Shown in pieces: positions 35,642-43,496 of a stretch of 48,574 bases of DNA (positions within the stretch are counted from its first letter, which is position 1; each line of letters begins with the position of its first letter). The DNA lies in sequence record SRR22947725_605; one strand, written 5' to 3'. Below the pieces are notes generated by a model. That model worked only from the letters and a program-made list of their open reading frames with translations. It was not told the DNA's origin and ran no database searches. Position numbers and translations under genes: made by a program.

Positions 35642-35831
35642 CGAAGAAACTGGAGGTATAGAATATTTCTTACAAGATGAACCTTCAGTTAAAGTATTTA
35701 AAAGTGTAAAAGAAAATAGATGGTGCGGTTCGTATCATGAATACGGAACAGTTTATGGTCAAACTGTTAAAGGAGTTAAGGAGTTAATATTATGGATTTT
35801 AAAACAGAAAAAAGATACAAGGTCTATCTAG
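35622..35831 (+). CDS. Hypothetical protein
   Basis: Tiles the operon; start at MWIRAR. Confidence 0.5.
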   Translation: MWIRARNEETGGIEYFLQDEPSVKVFKSVKENRWCGSYHEYGTVYGQTVKGVKELILWILKQKKDTRSI

Positions 35832-36187
35832 CAAAATTAAAAAGAACTGATTCTGAACCTAGAGTAGTATATAAGGTTGGAATTACAAGTTCTAAAGATG
35901 CTATGACTAGACTTAACTATAGAGGTATTGATGAACCTAATCCTATCTCTGAGCATTTCTCTGATATTAAAGTTATGTATAGTACTAAACAAAAGTATAC
36001 AAGATTAGAAGCTGAGCATTTAGAGAAAACAGTTATGATGGGTATCTGTAAAGATAAGAATGAAGAGTTTTTTCATAATTGGTGGGAACCTAATAAGATC
36101 TCTGGTATTACTGAAATGCGTAAATGGGATTATGATGAAATACAAAAAATCTTTACTTTTTTTAAAAATAATGAAAAAAACAGTTGA
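35792..36187 (+). CDS. GIY-YIG superfamily (T5orf172-like) protein
   Basis: VYL...YKVGITS...R...A..LE...G.TE pattern. Confidence 0.55.
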   Translation: MDFKTEKRYKVYLAKLKRTDSEPRVVYKVGITSSKDAMTRLNYRGIDEPNPISEHFSDIKVMYSTKQKYTRLEAEHLEKTVMMGICKDKNEEFFHNWWEPNKISGITEMRKWDYDEIQKIFTFFKNNEKNS

Positions 36188-36221
36188 TTTATGGTTAAAA
36201 GTAGGCTATAATAAAGTATAA
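36182..36221 (+). promoter_or_regulatory. Early sigma70 promoter P3
   Basis: agTTGATT-N17-TATAAT-AAAGTATAA. Confidence 0.85.
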
Positions 36222-36240
36222 AATGAAGAGAGGGAAAGAT

Positions 36241-36486
36241 ATGCAGATTACAGATTTAGTAGAATTATTAGAAGCAATGAGTTCAGAAGAGCAAGATGAA
36301 CTTGCTACTCAACTTATTAATAAGTATCCTTCAGTAGGTGCTGCTCTAGCGACTAAGATCAATATAGCTCATCAGGATAGATTTTATACTGAGAGTGAAG
36401 CAATGAATGATTCATTAGAAGCTAGAGGTCATGTTGGTTTTGATCAAGGTAGAAAATTAGTTGCTAAAGAGTTAGGAATTAGTTAA
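36241..36486 (+). CDS. Hypothetical early protein
   Basis: GAGGG RBS behind P3. Confidence 0.7.
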   Translation: MQITDLVELLEAMSSEEQDELATQLINKYPSVGAALATKINIAHQDRFYTESEAMNDSLEARGHVGFDQGRKLVAKELGIS

Positions 36487-36492
36487 AAAAGT

Positions 36493-36532
36493 AGTTGCCT
36501 TTTGATTAAAAAGAGGTTATAATAAAGTATAA
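36493..36532 (+). promoter_or_regulatory. Early sigma70 promoter P4
   Basis: agTTGCCT-N17-TATAAT-AAAGTATAA. Confidence 0.85.
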
Positions 36533-36573
36533 AATGAAGAAAAGGAAATATAAAATGACATAGCGATAGTAAA

Positions 36574-36730
36574 GGTTGAGAGGCTGAATAAGGGAGAGCG
36601 ATAGGCTCGACAGTCTCAGAGGTTTACAAGTCTGGTAGGACTCAAGGAACCGTAACCTCATCTAAAAACTGCCCGCTTCTACCGCTGAGGGGTATACCTA
36701 GGTAGAAGTGATTGTAAGAGAGCCCCTCAT
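36574..36730 (+). ncRNA. Candidate structured RNA with two nested stem-loop domains and an H-type pseudoknot
   Basis: GC-enriched non-coding stretch. Stems: TGAGA..CTG/CAGTCTCA, GAGC/GCTC, GAGGTT.AC/GTAACCTC, AGTCT/GGACT, CGCTTCTACC/GGTAGAAGTG. The loop TGAGGGGT pairs with downstream GCCCCTCA. Confidence 0.65.
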
Positions 36731-36754
36731 AAATTTAATTAAGGAGAGATTTTT

Positions 36755-36961
36755 ATGAATAATACGTTAAAAGTAGGAAGCCCAGTTTATTCAAAGTTTG
36801 GTCATAGTAAGATTAAGAAGATAGAACTTTGCGAAAAACAAGGCGAAAAGTACGGTATTGATATAAAAGAGATTCCTTTTGATTTAGCTGATAGGTGTAT
36901 TTTTGATCTAGATAACGGTCATTGGTCTTATGGATATGATCTAGATTATATTCCTTTCTAA
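36755..36961 (+). CDS. Hypothetical early protein
   Basis: AAGGAG RBS; FDLDNGHWSYG. Confidence 0.72.
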   Translation: MNNTLKVGSPVYSKFGHSKIKKIELCEKQGEKYGIDIKEIPFDLADRCIFDLDNGHWSYGYDLDYIPF

Positions 36962-37038
36962 CTGCCCTTAGCTCAGCTGGATAGAGCAGCTGCCTTCTAA
37001 GCAGCAGGCCGGGAGTTCGAATCTCTCAGGGCAGGCCA
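36962..37038 (+). tRNA. tRNA-Arg (anticodon TCT) with encoded CCA
   Basis: Acceptor stem CTGCCCT/AGGGCAG, D-arm GCTC/GAGC, anticodon arm GCTGC-CTTCTAA-GCAGC, T-loop TTCGAAT, 3' GCCA. Confidence 0.97.
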
Positions 37039-37069
37039 AACTTTTTTAAAAAAAACTTAGTCTTAGAAA

Positions 37070-37095
37070 AACTTTTTTAAAAAAGTTAGTATAAT
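37070..37095 (+). promoter_or_regulatory. AACTTTTT-box promoter within the 18-bp palindrome AACTTTTTTAAAAAAGTT
   Basis: The box starts 20 nt before TATAAT; no TTG -35 element. Confidence 0.6.
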
Positions 37096-37138
37096 AATAG
37101 TATAAGAAATTGAGAAATAAATTGTAGGAGATTTGAAT

Positions 37139-38107
37139 ATGGCTCATGAATTAGAAATAGTAGATAATAAAGCTCAAATGGCATATGTAGGTGAAAAGCC
37201 TTGGCATGGTTTAGGTGTAGAACTCAAAGAAGGTGTTATGCCTATGGAAATGATGGAAGCTGCTGGTCTAGACTGGGAAGTTAAAAAAGTTCCTCTTAAG
37301 TATAAATCTAGTGATGGATCAATGTTAAGTGTTCCTAATAAAGATGTCTTAATTAGACAATCAGATGATCAACCTTTAGATATCGTTGGTAAGGAATGGT
37401 ATCCAGTTCAGAATAAGGAAGCTTTTCAGTTTTTTGAGAGCTTTTGTAAAGAAGGTTCTATTAAGATGCATACTGCAGGTTCGTTGTTTAACGGAAAGAA
37501 AGTATGGGCTTTAGGAAAGATCTCTTCTGACTTTGAATTATTCAATGGAGATAAAGTAGAAGGTTTTCTTTTATTCTCTAACCCTCATCAGTTTGGTCAG
37601 TCTGTAGATGTTAGATTTACTCCTATTAGAGTTGTATGTAATAATACTTTAACTTTATCTTTAGGTACTGAGTCTCAGAACTTTGCTAGAATCTCTCATA
37701 GAAAAGAGTTCGATCCAGAAATGGTTAAGAAGGTTTTAGGTCTTGCTCAAGAGAAAATGGATGAGTATAAAGATATTGCTGTGAATTTAGGTTCTAAGCA
37801 GATTTCAGATGCTAAGTTCAAAGAATTCTTAAGTAAAGTATTCGGTGAATCTAAGAAAGAAGATAAAGATACTAAAGAGAAGTTACTAACTAGAACTGCT
37901 CAGTTAGCTTATGATTCTTTCGAAACTCAGCCTGGAGCTAATTTCGCTAAAGGATCTTGGTGGCAGGCTCTTAACGCTGTTACTTATGTAACTGATCATA
38001 AGATTGGTACTTCTACTCAGACTAGATTGAATAGCATGTGGTATGGTGCTAATAGATCTAAAAAGATTAATGCAGTTAAAACAGCAATGGAGATGGCTAA
38101 TGCTTAA
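37139..38107 (+). CDS. DUF932-family phage/plasmid protein
   Basis: MAHELE...MAYVGEKPWHGLG, AAGLDWEV, PVQNKEAF, TAGSL..GKKVW, TPIRVVCNNTL. Confidence 0.88.
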   Translation: MAHELEIVDNKAQMAYVGEKPWHGLGVELKEGVMPMEMMEAAGLDWEVKKVPLKYKSSDGSMLSVPNKDVLIRQSDDQPLDIVGKEWYPVQNKEAFQFFESFCKEGSIKMHTAGSLFNGKKVWALGKISSDFELFNGDKVEGFLLFSNPHQFGQSVDVRFTPIRVVCNNTLTLSLGTESQNFARISHRKEFDPEMVKKVLGLAQEKMDEYKDIAVNLGSKQISDAKFKEFLSKVFGESKKEDKDTKEKLLTRTAQLAYDSFETQPGANFAKGSWWQALNAVTYVTDHKIGTSTQTRLNSMWYGANRSKKINAVKTAMEMANA

Positions 38108-38549
38108 ATTAATTCCCCTTGGAGTAGCTTTATGCTGCTCCATTATTTTTCCTGTTTCAGCTCAAACTTCAGTTGAAACTAAATTAAACCAAACTGTAAG
38201 AGGAACGGTTTCAGATGAATATAAAAAAATTATTCGAAGAACACCTTATACAGTAGAAGTTTGTTCTGAAAGAGAAGTATCAGGAGATAAGACAGCTGAT
38301 ACTTTATTAGGAGCTCTTATTGGAGGTGCTATAGGTAATAATGTTACTAAAAATCTTCCTGATGGAGGTACTGCAGGAGCTATTATAGGTGGTATTATTG
38401 CTAATCAAAATAGTGATGCTTCAGGTGGAACTAAACTTATTTGTAATAAAACTACAAGGTATAATGAGTCGATGGAAACAATTTATTCTCACTCTACTAT
38501 AACATTTGTGATAAATGGTATTGAACATAGGCTAAAGTTTAAAAAATAA
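38100..38549 (+). CDS. Glycine-zipper 2TM exported protein
   Basis: Signal peptide; LLGALIGGAIGN and TAGAIIGGII. Confidence 0.8.
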   Translation: MLKLIPLGVALCCSIIFPVSAQTSVETKLNQTVRGTVSDEYKKIIRRTPYTVEVCSEREVSGDKTADTLLGALIGGAIGNNVTKNLPDGGTAGAIIGGIIANQNSDASGGTKLICNKTTRYNESMETIYSHSTITFVINGIEHRLKFKK

Positions 38550-38753
38550 ATGTTTTATAATATTGAAAAATTAACTGAATTAGAAAAAGTAATTTCAGAC
38601 AATCTGAGTTCAGCAGATTGTTTGAATGATTCAGGTGATGCTAAAGTATTAAGAAAAATTTGGATTAATTATAGAACGGATATGCCTAACTGTTTACGTG
38701 TTGTAAGAGAACATAAGGAGTTATTAGAAAAACTACAAAAGGATCTAAAATGA
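38550..38753 (+). CDS. Hypothetical protein
   Basis: 67-aa ORF that tiles the operon. Confidence 0.6.
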   Translation: MFYNIEKLTELEKVISDNLSSADCLNDSGDAKVLRKIWINYRTDMPNCLRVVREHKELLEKLQKDLK

Positions 38754-39091
38754 GACAATTCATATATGATAGTTGGAATGCTGTTATGAATTTTAACTAT
38801 AACCCTTTAAAAAATATTCCTGATTTGCAAGTTAGACATATGGTAATGCAGATACTTGCATGGATGTGGTGTATAGCTTTTTCGAGTTACTTTGGTAGTA
38901 TGTGGGTTTTTGGTATAACTACTATTGCTCATATTTTTCTTATATCAGCTATTGTAGTAACTGTAGCTACATTTACATCAGCAAGAAAATTAAATTTTAC
39001 ATATCATACACCTAGTCGTTCTAGAGCAATTTATGTAAACGGAAAAAGAGTTGAACTAGATCCTAAGGATGTAGGCGGAGAACATGAATAA
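38750..39091 (+). CDS. Two-TM membrane protein
   Basis: NPLKNIPDLQVRHMVMQILAWMWCI followed by a second hydrophobic helix. Confidence 0.7.
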   Translation: MRQFIYDSWNAVMNFNYNPLKNIPDLQVRHMVMQILAWMWCIAFSSYFGSMWVFGITTIAHIFLISAIVVTVATFTSARKLNFTYHTPSRSRAIYVNGKRVELDPKDVGGEHE

Positions 39092-39587
39092 AGTTTATTA
39101 TACTTGGCAAAAAATAGATCATCTAGTGCATGGAATTGCATTAGATCTTTATCGTAAAGAATGGGTTCCTGATTATATAGTTGGTGTTGTAAGAGGTGGA
39201 GCTATTCCAGGTATTCAATTATCTCATATAATGGATAAACCTTTTTTACCTTTAGATATAAGATTAAGAGATAATGTGGTGTCAAACGCTATGGGATTCC
39301 AACATTTTTTTGATATTGCAACTCATTTCTCTGAAGATAAAAAAGTATTGTTTATTGACGATATAAATGATAGTAGTGGTACATTAGCATATATTGATGA
39401 TAGAATGTTAAGCAATAGAGATAACTTAACTTTTAAATATGAATTTGCTATGGTATTAGAAAGAGTAAGTGCTCCTTATTCAGCGTTGTTTGTAGGAGAA
39501 GAATTAACAGAAAAAGCAACAGATGGTGACCCTGATGCTTGGATAGTTTTCCCTTGGGAGAACCAATTTAACATACCCGAGGATTAA
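39084..39587 (+). CDS. Purine phosphoribosyltransferase (Gpt-like)
   Basis: IVGVVRGG, PRPP-binding loop VLFIDDINDSSGTL, WIVFPWE. Confidence 0.88.
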   Translation: MNKVYYTWQKIDHLVHGIALDLYRKEWVPDYIVGVVRGGAIPGIQLSHIMDKPFLPLDIRLRDNVVSNAMGFQHFFDIATHFSEDKKVLFIDDINDSSGTLAYIDDRMLSNRDNLTFKYEFAMVLERVSAPYSALFVGEELTEKATDGDPDAWIVFPWENQFNIPED

Positions 39588-40622
39588 ATGAGAATTGAAA
39601 CAGATATTAAATTAGATTTTAATGATGTACTTTTAAAACCTAAAAGAAGTACACTTGAATCTAGATCACAAGTAAGATTAGAGAGAAAATTTACTTTTAA
39701 AAATAGTAACCGCCAATGGGAAGGTATTCCTATTATTGCTTCTAATATGGATGCAACAGGTACTGTAGAGACATACAAAGTACTTAATCGTTATAAGATA
39801 CTTACCTTTCTTCATAAACATTATAATATTGATACTTTGTATGATCTTTTTGCTTCTGAAAAGAGAGAGAATTTAGCTTACTCAATGGGTATTACAGATT
39901 TAGATACTCAGAAATGGAAAATGCTAAAAAGTAAACTTCCAAAAGATACTATAAAGTTTGTTAATATTGATGTAGCAAATGGATATACTGAAAGGTTTAT
40001 TAATTTTATAAAAAGTTTTAGAGAAGAAAATCCTAATACTATTATAGTTGCTGGTAATGTATGTACTGCTGATCAAACGCAAGAGCTTATTTTAAGCGGA
40101 GCAGATATTATTAAAATTGGTATAGGACCAGGTTCTGTATGTACTACTAGAATACAAACAGGAGTAGGTTTTCCTCAATTATCTGCAGTTATAGAATGTA
40201 GTGATGCTGCTAATGGATTAGGTGGACATGTTATTTCAGATGGTGGTTGTACATCTCCAGGCGATGTAGCAAAAGCATTTGGTGCTGGAGCTCACTTTAC
40301 TATGCTAGGTGGTATGTTAGCAGGTCACGAAGAATCTGGTGGTGATCTTGTTAATAGAGATGGTGAAATGGTAAAGCAGTTTTATGGTATGTCATCTGAA
40401 GTAGCTCAGAATAAGTATGATGGTGGGTTAAGTAAATATAAAAGTGCTGAAGGTAAAGTTGTTACTATGCCATTTAAAGGACCTTTAGAACCTACTGTAC
40501 AAAGTATATTAGGTGGTTTAAGATCTGCTTGTACTTATGTTGGAGCAGCTAAGATAAGAGAATTAAGTAAGTGTAGTACCTTTATTTTAGTGAATAATAC
40601 TCATAACAAAGTTTACGAATAA
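39588..40622 (+). CDS. guaC: GMP reductase
   Basis: KLDFNDVLLKPKRSTLESR, IDVANGY, KIGIGPGSVCTTR, FYGMSS; 344 aa with no CBS domains. Confidence 0.95.
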   Translation: MRIETDIKLDFNDVLLKPKRSTLESRSQVRLERKFTFKNSNRQWEGIPIIASNMDATGTVETYKVLNRYKILTFLHKHYNIDTLYDLFASEKRENLAYSMGITDLDTQKWKMLKSKLPKDTIKFVNIDVANGYTERFINFIKSFREENPNTIIVAGNVCTADQTQELILSGADIIKIGIGPGSVCTTRIQTGVGFPQLSAVIECSDAANGLGGHVISDGGCTSPGDVAKAFGAGAHFTMLGGMLAGHEESGGDLVNRDGEMVKQFYGMSSEVAQNKYDGGLSKYKSAEGKVVTMPFKGPLEPTVQSILGGLRSACTYVGAAKIRELSKCSTFILVNNTHNKVYE

Positions 40623-40628
40623 TAAATA
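40620..40628 (+). promoter_or_regulatory. Putative late promoter TAATAAATA
   Basis: Overlaps the guaC stop; upstream of the 40697 small gene. Confidence 0.55.
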
Positions 40629-40637
40629 ATTCAACCA

Positions 40638-40696
40638 GGTAGCTCCTGTAGGTAAAACAGCAATTACATTTAAAAAATTAATTTATCGGAGCTATT
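40638..40696 (+). promoter_or_regulatory. RBS-sequestering leader helix
   Basis: GGTAGCTCC (40638-46) pairs with GGAGCTATT (40688-96), covering the SD up to the ATG. Confidence 0.6.
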
Positions 40697-40867
40697 ATGG
40701 ATTTTTACGAAACTATGTTTGTTACTACTCTTGTGTCCGTCGTCGGTTTTGTCGCCTGGCGTGTGTACATTATTGAGACTAATCATTTAAAGCATATAAC
40801 AACAAGTATCGCAGAAATTAAGAATGATATTAAGTGGCTCGTTTCCTTCCACAAAGACAAAGAATAA
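40697..40867 (+). CDS. 56-aa single-TM protein with short coiled coil, absent from the ORF track (possible lysis protein)
   Basis: MDFYETMFVTTLVSVVGFVAWRVYIIETNHLKHITTSIAEIKNDIKWLVSFHKDKE; GGAG RBS. Confidence 0.7.
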   Translation: MDFYETMFVTTLVSVVGFVAWRVYIIETNHLKHITTSIAEIKNDIKWLVSFHKDKE

Positions 40868-40892
40868 ACTTTTTCAAAAAATCAACTATAAT
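40867..40892 (+). promoter_or_regulatory. AACTTTTT-box promoter of the gp45 operon
   Basis: AACTTTTTC starts 20 nt before TATAAT. Confidence 0.6.
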
Positions 40893-40923
40893 AATATAGA
40901 TACCAATAATTTTGAGGTGCTAT

Positions 40924-41478
40924 ATGGCTAATCGTGTTACTAAAACTAGTAAGCAAAAGCTTATTGATGAACTTACTCCTAAAAGAACTAAGTTTCGAAA
41001 ATCTCGTAAACCTATGTCTGAAGAACAGAAAGCTAAAGCTGTTGAAAGACTAGCAAAAGCTAGAGCAGCTAAGCAAGCTAAGAACCCTACTAAGAAGTTG
41101 ACTCATCATCCTTCAGTTTATCTACCAGATGCAAGACCATTAGAAGATGTATTAGCTTGGTTAAAGAATGCTAAAGAATTATATTCTTCTGCAAAATCTA
41201 GTCTTAAACAAAAAGGTCTTACTAATAAAGAGTGGGCTCATAGAAACGCTGAGATGAATAGGTGGTATGGTTATACTCAAGACATTAACTGGTATCTAAG
41301 ACACGGAGATTGGATATGCGATTTCTGGGGCAGTGATATGCAAATGAAAACTAAATGGCAAGTCATTGCATCATCTCCTACAGCTAAATATAAACCTGGA
41401 GATGTCTATACAATTGATGATTTGAAAAAAGTCGAAGAAGTTACTATAACAAGAAAAACTAGAAGGAAAAAGAAATGA
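40924..41478 (+). CDS. Basic hypothetical protein upstream of gp45
   Basis: GAGG RBS; RKPMSEEQKAKAVERLAKARAAK, YLRHGDW. Confidence 0.75.
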   Translation: MANRVTKTSKQKLIDELTPKRTKFRKSRKPMSEEQKAKAVERLAKARAAKQAKNPTKKLTHHPSVYLPDARPLEDVLAWLKNAKELYSSAKSSLKQKGLTNKEWAHRNAEMNRWYGYTQDINWYLRHGDWICDFWGSDMQMKTKWQVIASSPTAKYKPGDVYTIDDLKKVEEVTITRKTRRKKK

Positions 41479-42125
41479 AACTGAGCAAGCAAACGTTAGC
41501 TATACTTAAGAACTTTTCTGCTATTAATCAATCTATCGTTATTAAACCTGGTAATAAGATAGAAACTATTAGTAACGTTAAAGATGTATTTGCTGATGCT
41601 ACCATTGAGGAGACCTTTGATAAACAGGTTTCTATATATGATCTAAATGAGTTATTAGGAGTTATATCTTTATTTGAAGATCCTGATATTACTTTAGAAG
41701 ACGATCATATGTTACTTATTCAAGGTAAAACTAAGCAGAAATATTTTTATGCTGATCCTACTGTTATTACTCAACCTCCTGAGAAAGGTGTTACTTTACC
41801 TTCTGAAGAGATTAAACTACAAATAGATAGAAATACTTTAGGTATGATAGTAAGAGCTGCTTCTATTAATAATGCTAGTGACTTAACTTTTACTAATGAC
41901 GGTATTGTAGTTCATGATAAAGCAGTACCTAACTCTAATCAGTTTAGTGTTGATACTCCTGATACTGATGATAAGTATAATTTATCTATCTCTGTAGATA
42001 AACTTAAGATGGTTCCAGATGATTATGACGTAGCTATTTGTACTAAAGGTTTAGCTAGATTTACTGGTAACTATATCAATTATTATGTAGCGTTACAACC
42101 TGAAGGTAGTTATGAAAAAGGGTAA
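41475..42125 (+). CDS. gp45: Sliding clamp gp45
   Basis: MKLSKQTLAILKNFSAINQS, IYDLNELL, KYFYADP, KMVPDDY, YYVAL. Confidence 0.95.
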   Translation: MKLSKQTLAILKNFSAINQSIVIKPGNKIETISNVKDVFADATIEETFDKQVSIYDLNELLGVISLFEDPDITLEDDHMLLIQGKTKQKYFYADPTVITQPPEKGVTLPSEEIKLQIDRNTLGMIVRAASINNASDLTFTNDGIVVHDKAVPNSNQFSVDTPDTDDKYNLSISVDKLKMVPDDYDVAICTKGLARFTGNYINYYVALQPEGSYEKG

Positions 42126-42405
42126 AAAACAATTAATGACTCCAGAAGAAAGAATGTCTCTAGAAGAAGCTATTATGGATGCGCATCTTGCAGCAGACAA
42201 ATATTTAGCTTCTGGTAAAGAGGTACATGTAAAATTATTAGAGTTATCTGTTGCTGATGCAATGGACTATGTTGAGTTATTATCTGATAAACTTAGAGAT
42301 GATCCTAAATCAGAAAATTATAAACTCCATATGCTTGTACCTTTACAATTAAGTATTTTAATAGAAGAAAGAAAGGAAAAAGATGCCAAGAAAGCACTCA
42401 CCTGA
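42112..42405 (+). CDS. Hypothetical protein
   Basis: Overlapping ORF between gp45 and gp44. Confidence 0.6.
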   Translation: MKKGKKQLMTPEERMSLEEAIMDAHLAADKYLASGKEVHVKLLELSVADAMDYVELLSDKLRDDPKSENYKLHMLVPLQLSILIEERKEKDAKKALT

Positions 42406-42568
42406 ACAATTAGGTATGTGGGCCAAAGAAAACGGAATGTGGAAATGGTCTGAAGCTTACCATCCTCAAGAAGTAGAAAAAAGGCGCCAAGACGCATTAA
42501 GAAGCTATAATAGAAGAAAGAACGGCGAACCGGAACCTAGATTTGAAAGGAAAAGACGTGGCAGGTGA
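42383..42568 (+). CDS. Hypothetical basic protein
   Basis: AAGGA RBS; 61 aa. Confidence 0.6.
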   Translation: MPRKHSPEQLGMWAKENGMWKWSEAYHPQEVEKRRQDALRSYNRRKNGEPEPRFERKRRGR

Positions 42569-43496
42569 ACAATTTATTTGGGCTGAGAAATATCGTCCGG
42601 ATAACATAGAAGAAACTATCTTACCAGATAATCTTAAAAAAGTATTCTATAATTTAATCAAGCAGGGTGAAGTAACTAACCTGCTTTTCTCAGGTTCAGC
42701 AGGTACAGGTAAGACTACTGCTGCTAAAGCTCTTTGTAAAGAACTTGATTGTGATTATATTGTAGTTAATGGTTCTGATGAAGGTAGGTCTATAGATATA
42801 CTTAGAGATAAAATTAAAAAGTTTGTATCGACTACTTCTATGAAAGATAAACCTAAAGTAGTTATTATTGATGAAGCTGATTACTTAGGACCTGCTGTTC
42901 AACCAGCTCTTAGAAACTTTATAGAAGAGTTCTCTAAGAATAGTAGATTCATACTTACTTGTAACTATAAGCATAAAATTATACCTCCTCTTCATAGTAG
43001 ATGTTCTGTAGTAGACTTTACTGTAGGTAAAGAAGAGAAGGCTCAGATTATGGCTTCTATTGCTAAACGTATGATATCTATATTGCAGTTTGAAAAGATA
43101 GACTTTAATCAGACTGCTGTACTAGAAATAGTTAAACGATTCTATCCTGATACTAGAAGAACTATTAATGAACTTCAGAGATATAGTCAAGTTAATGGTA
43201 AGATTGATTCTGGTATTATTGCATTAGTAGATACTTCTAAAGTAAAATCTCTTATAGGTTTTATGAAGAAAGGTGACTTTAAGTCTTGTAGGCAATGGAT
43301 TGCAGATAATCCTGAGACTGATCAGTTATTTGATGACTTGTATACTAATATAAATGAATATGTAGAACCTGCATCTTTACCTAATCTTATATTAATTATG
43401 GGTGAGTATCAACATAAAGCTGCTTTTGTAACTAATCAAGAAATTAACTTAGCTGCTTTTGTAGTTGAAGTAATGAAGAGTGTAAAATGGAAATAG
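42558..43496 (+). CDS. gp44: Clamp loader ATPase subunit gp44
   Basis: WAEKYRP, GSAGTGKT, IIDEAD, LHSRC; GTG start after AAGGA. Confidence 0.97.
   Translation: MAGEQFIWAEKYRPDNIEETILPDNLKKVFYNLIKQGEVTNLLFSGSAGTGKTTAAKALCKELDCDYIVVNGSDEGRSIDILRDKIKKFVSTTSMKDKPKVVIIDEADYLGPAVQPALRNFIEEFSKNSRFILTCNYKHKIIPPLHSRCSVVDFTVGKEEKAQIMASIAKRMISILQFEKIDFNQTAVLEIVKRFYPDTRRTINELQRYSQVNGKIDSGIIALVDTSKVKSLIGFMKKGDFKSCRQWIADNPETDQLFDDLYTNINEYVEPASLPNLILIMGEYQHKAAFVTNQEINLAAFVVEVMKSVKWK

Noticed and set aside
34896-36532. CRISPR-like array from the repeated ATAATAAAGTATAA
   Set aside because: Spacing is irregular, the intervals are genes, and the repeats are explained as promoters.
36574-36730. Glycine or cobalamin riboswitch, tmRNA, hammerhead, or retron msr-msd
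   Set aside because: Only fragments resemble these (GGAGAG, ACTGCCC). CCGAAG, a tRNA-like end and a CTGAnGA/GAAA core are absent, and there is no reverse transcriptase in the window.
39588-40622. IMP dehydrogenase (guaB)
   Set aside because: The short length, absence of CBS domains, and the PKRSTL.SR and DVANGY motifs indicate GMP reductase.
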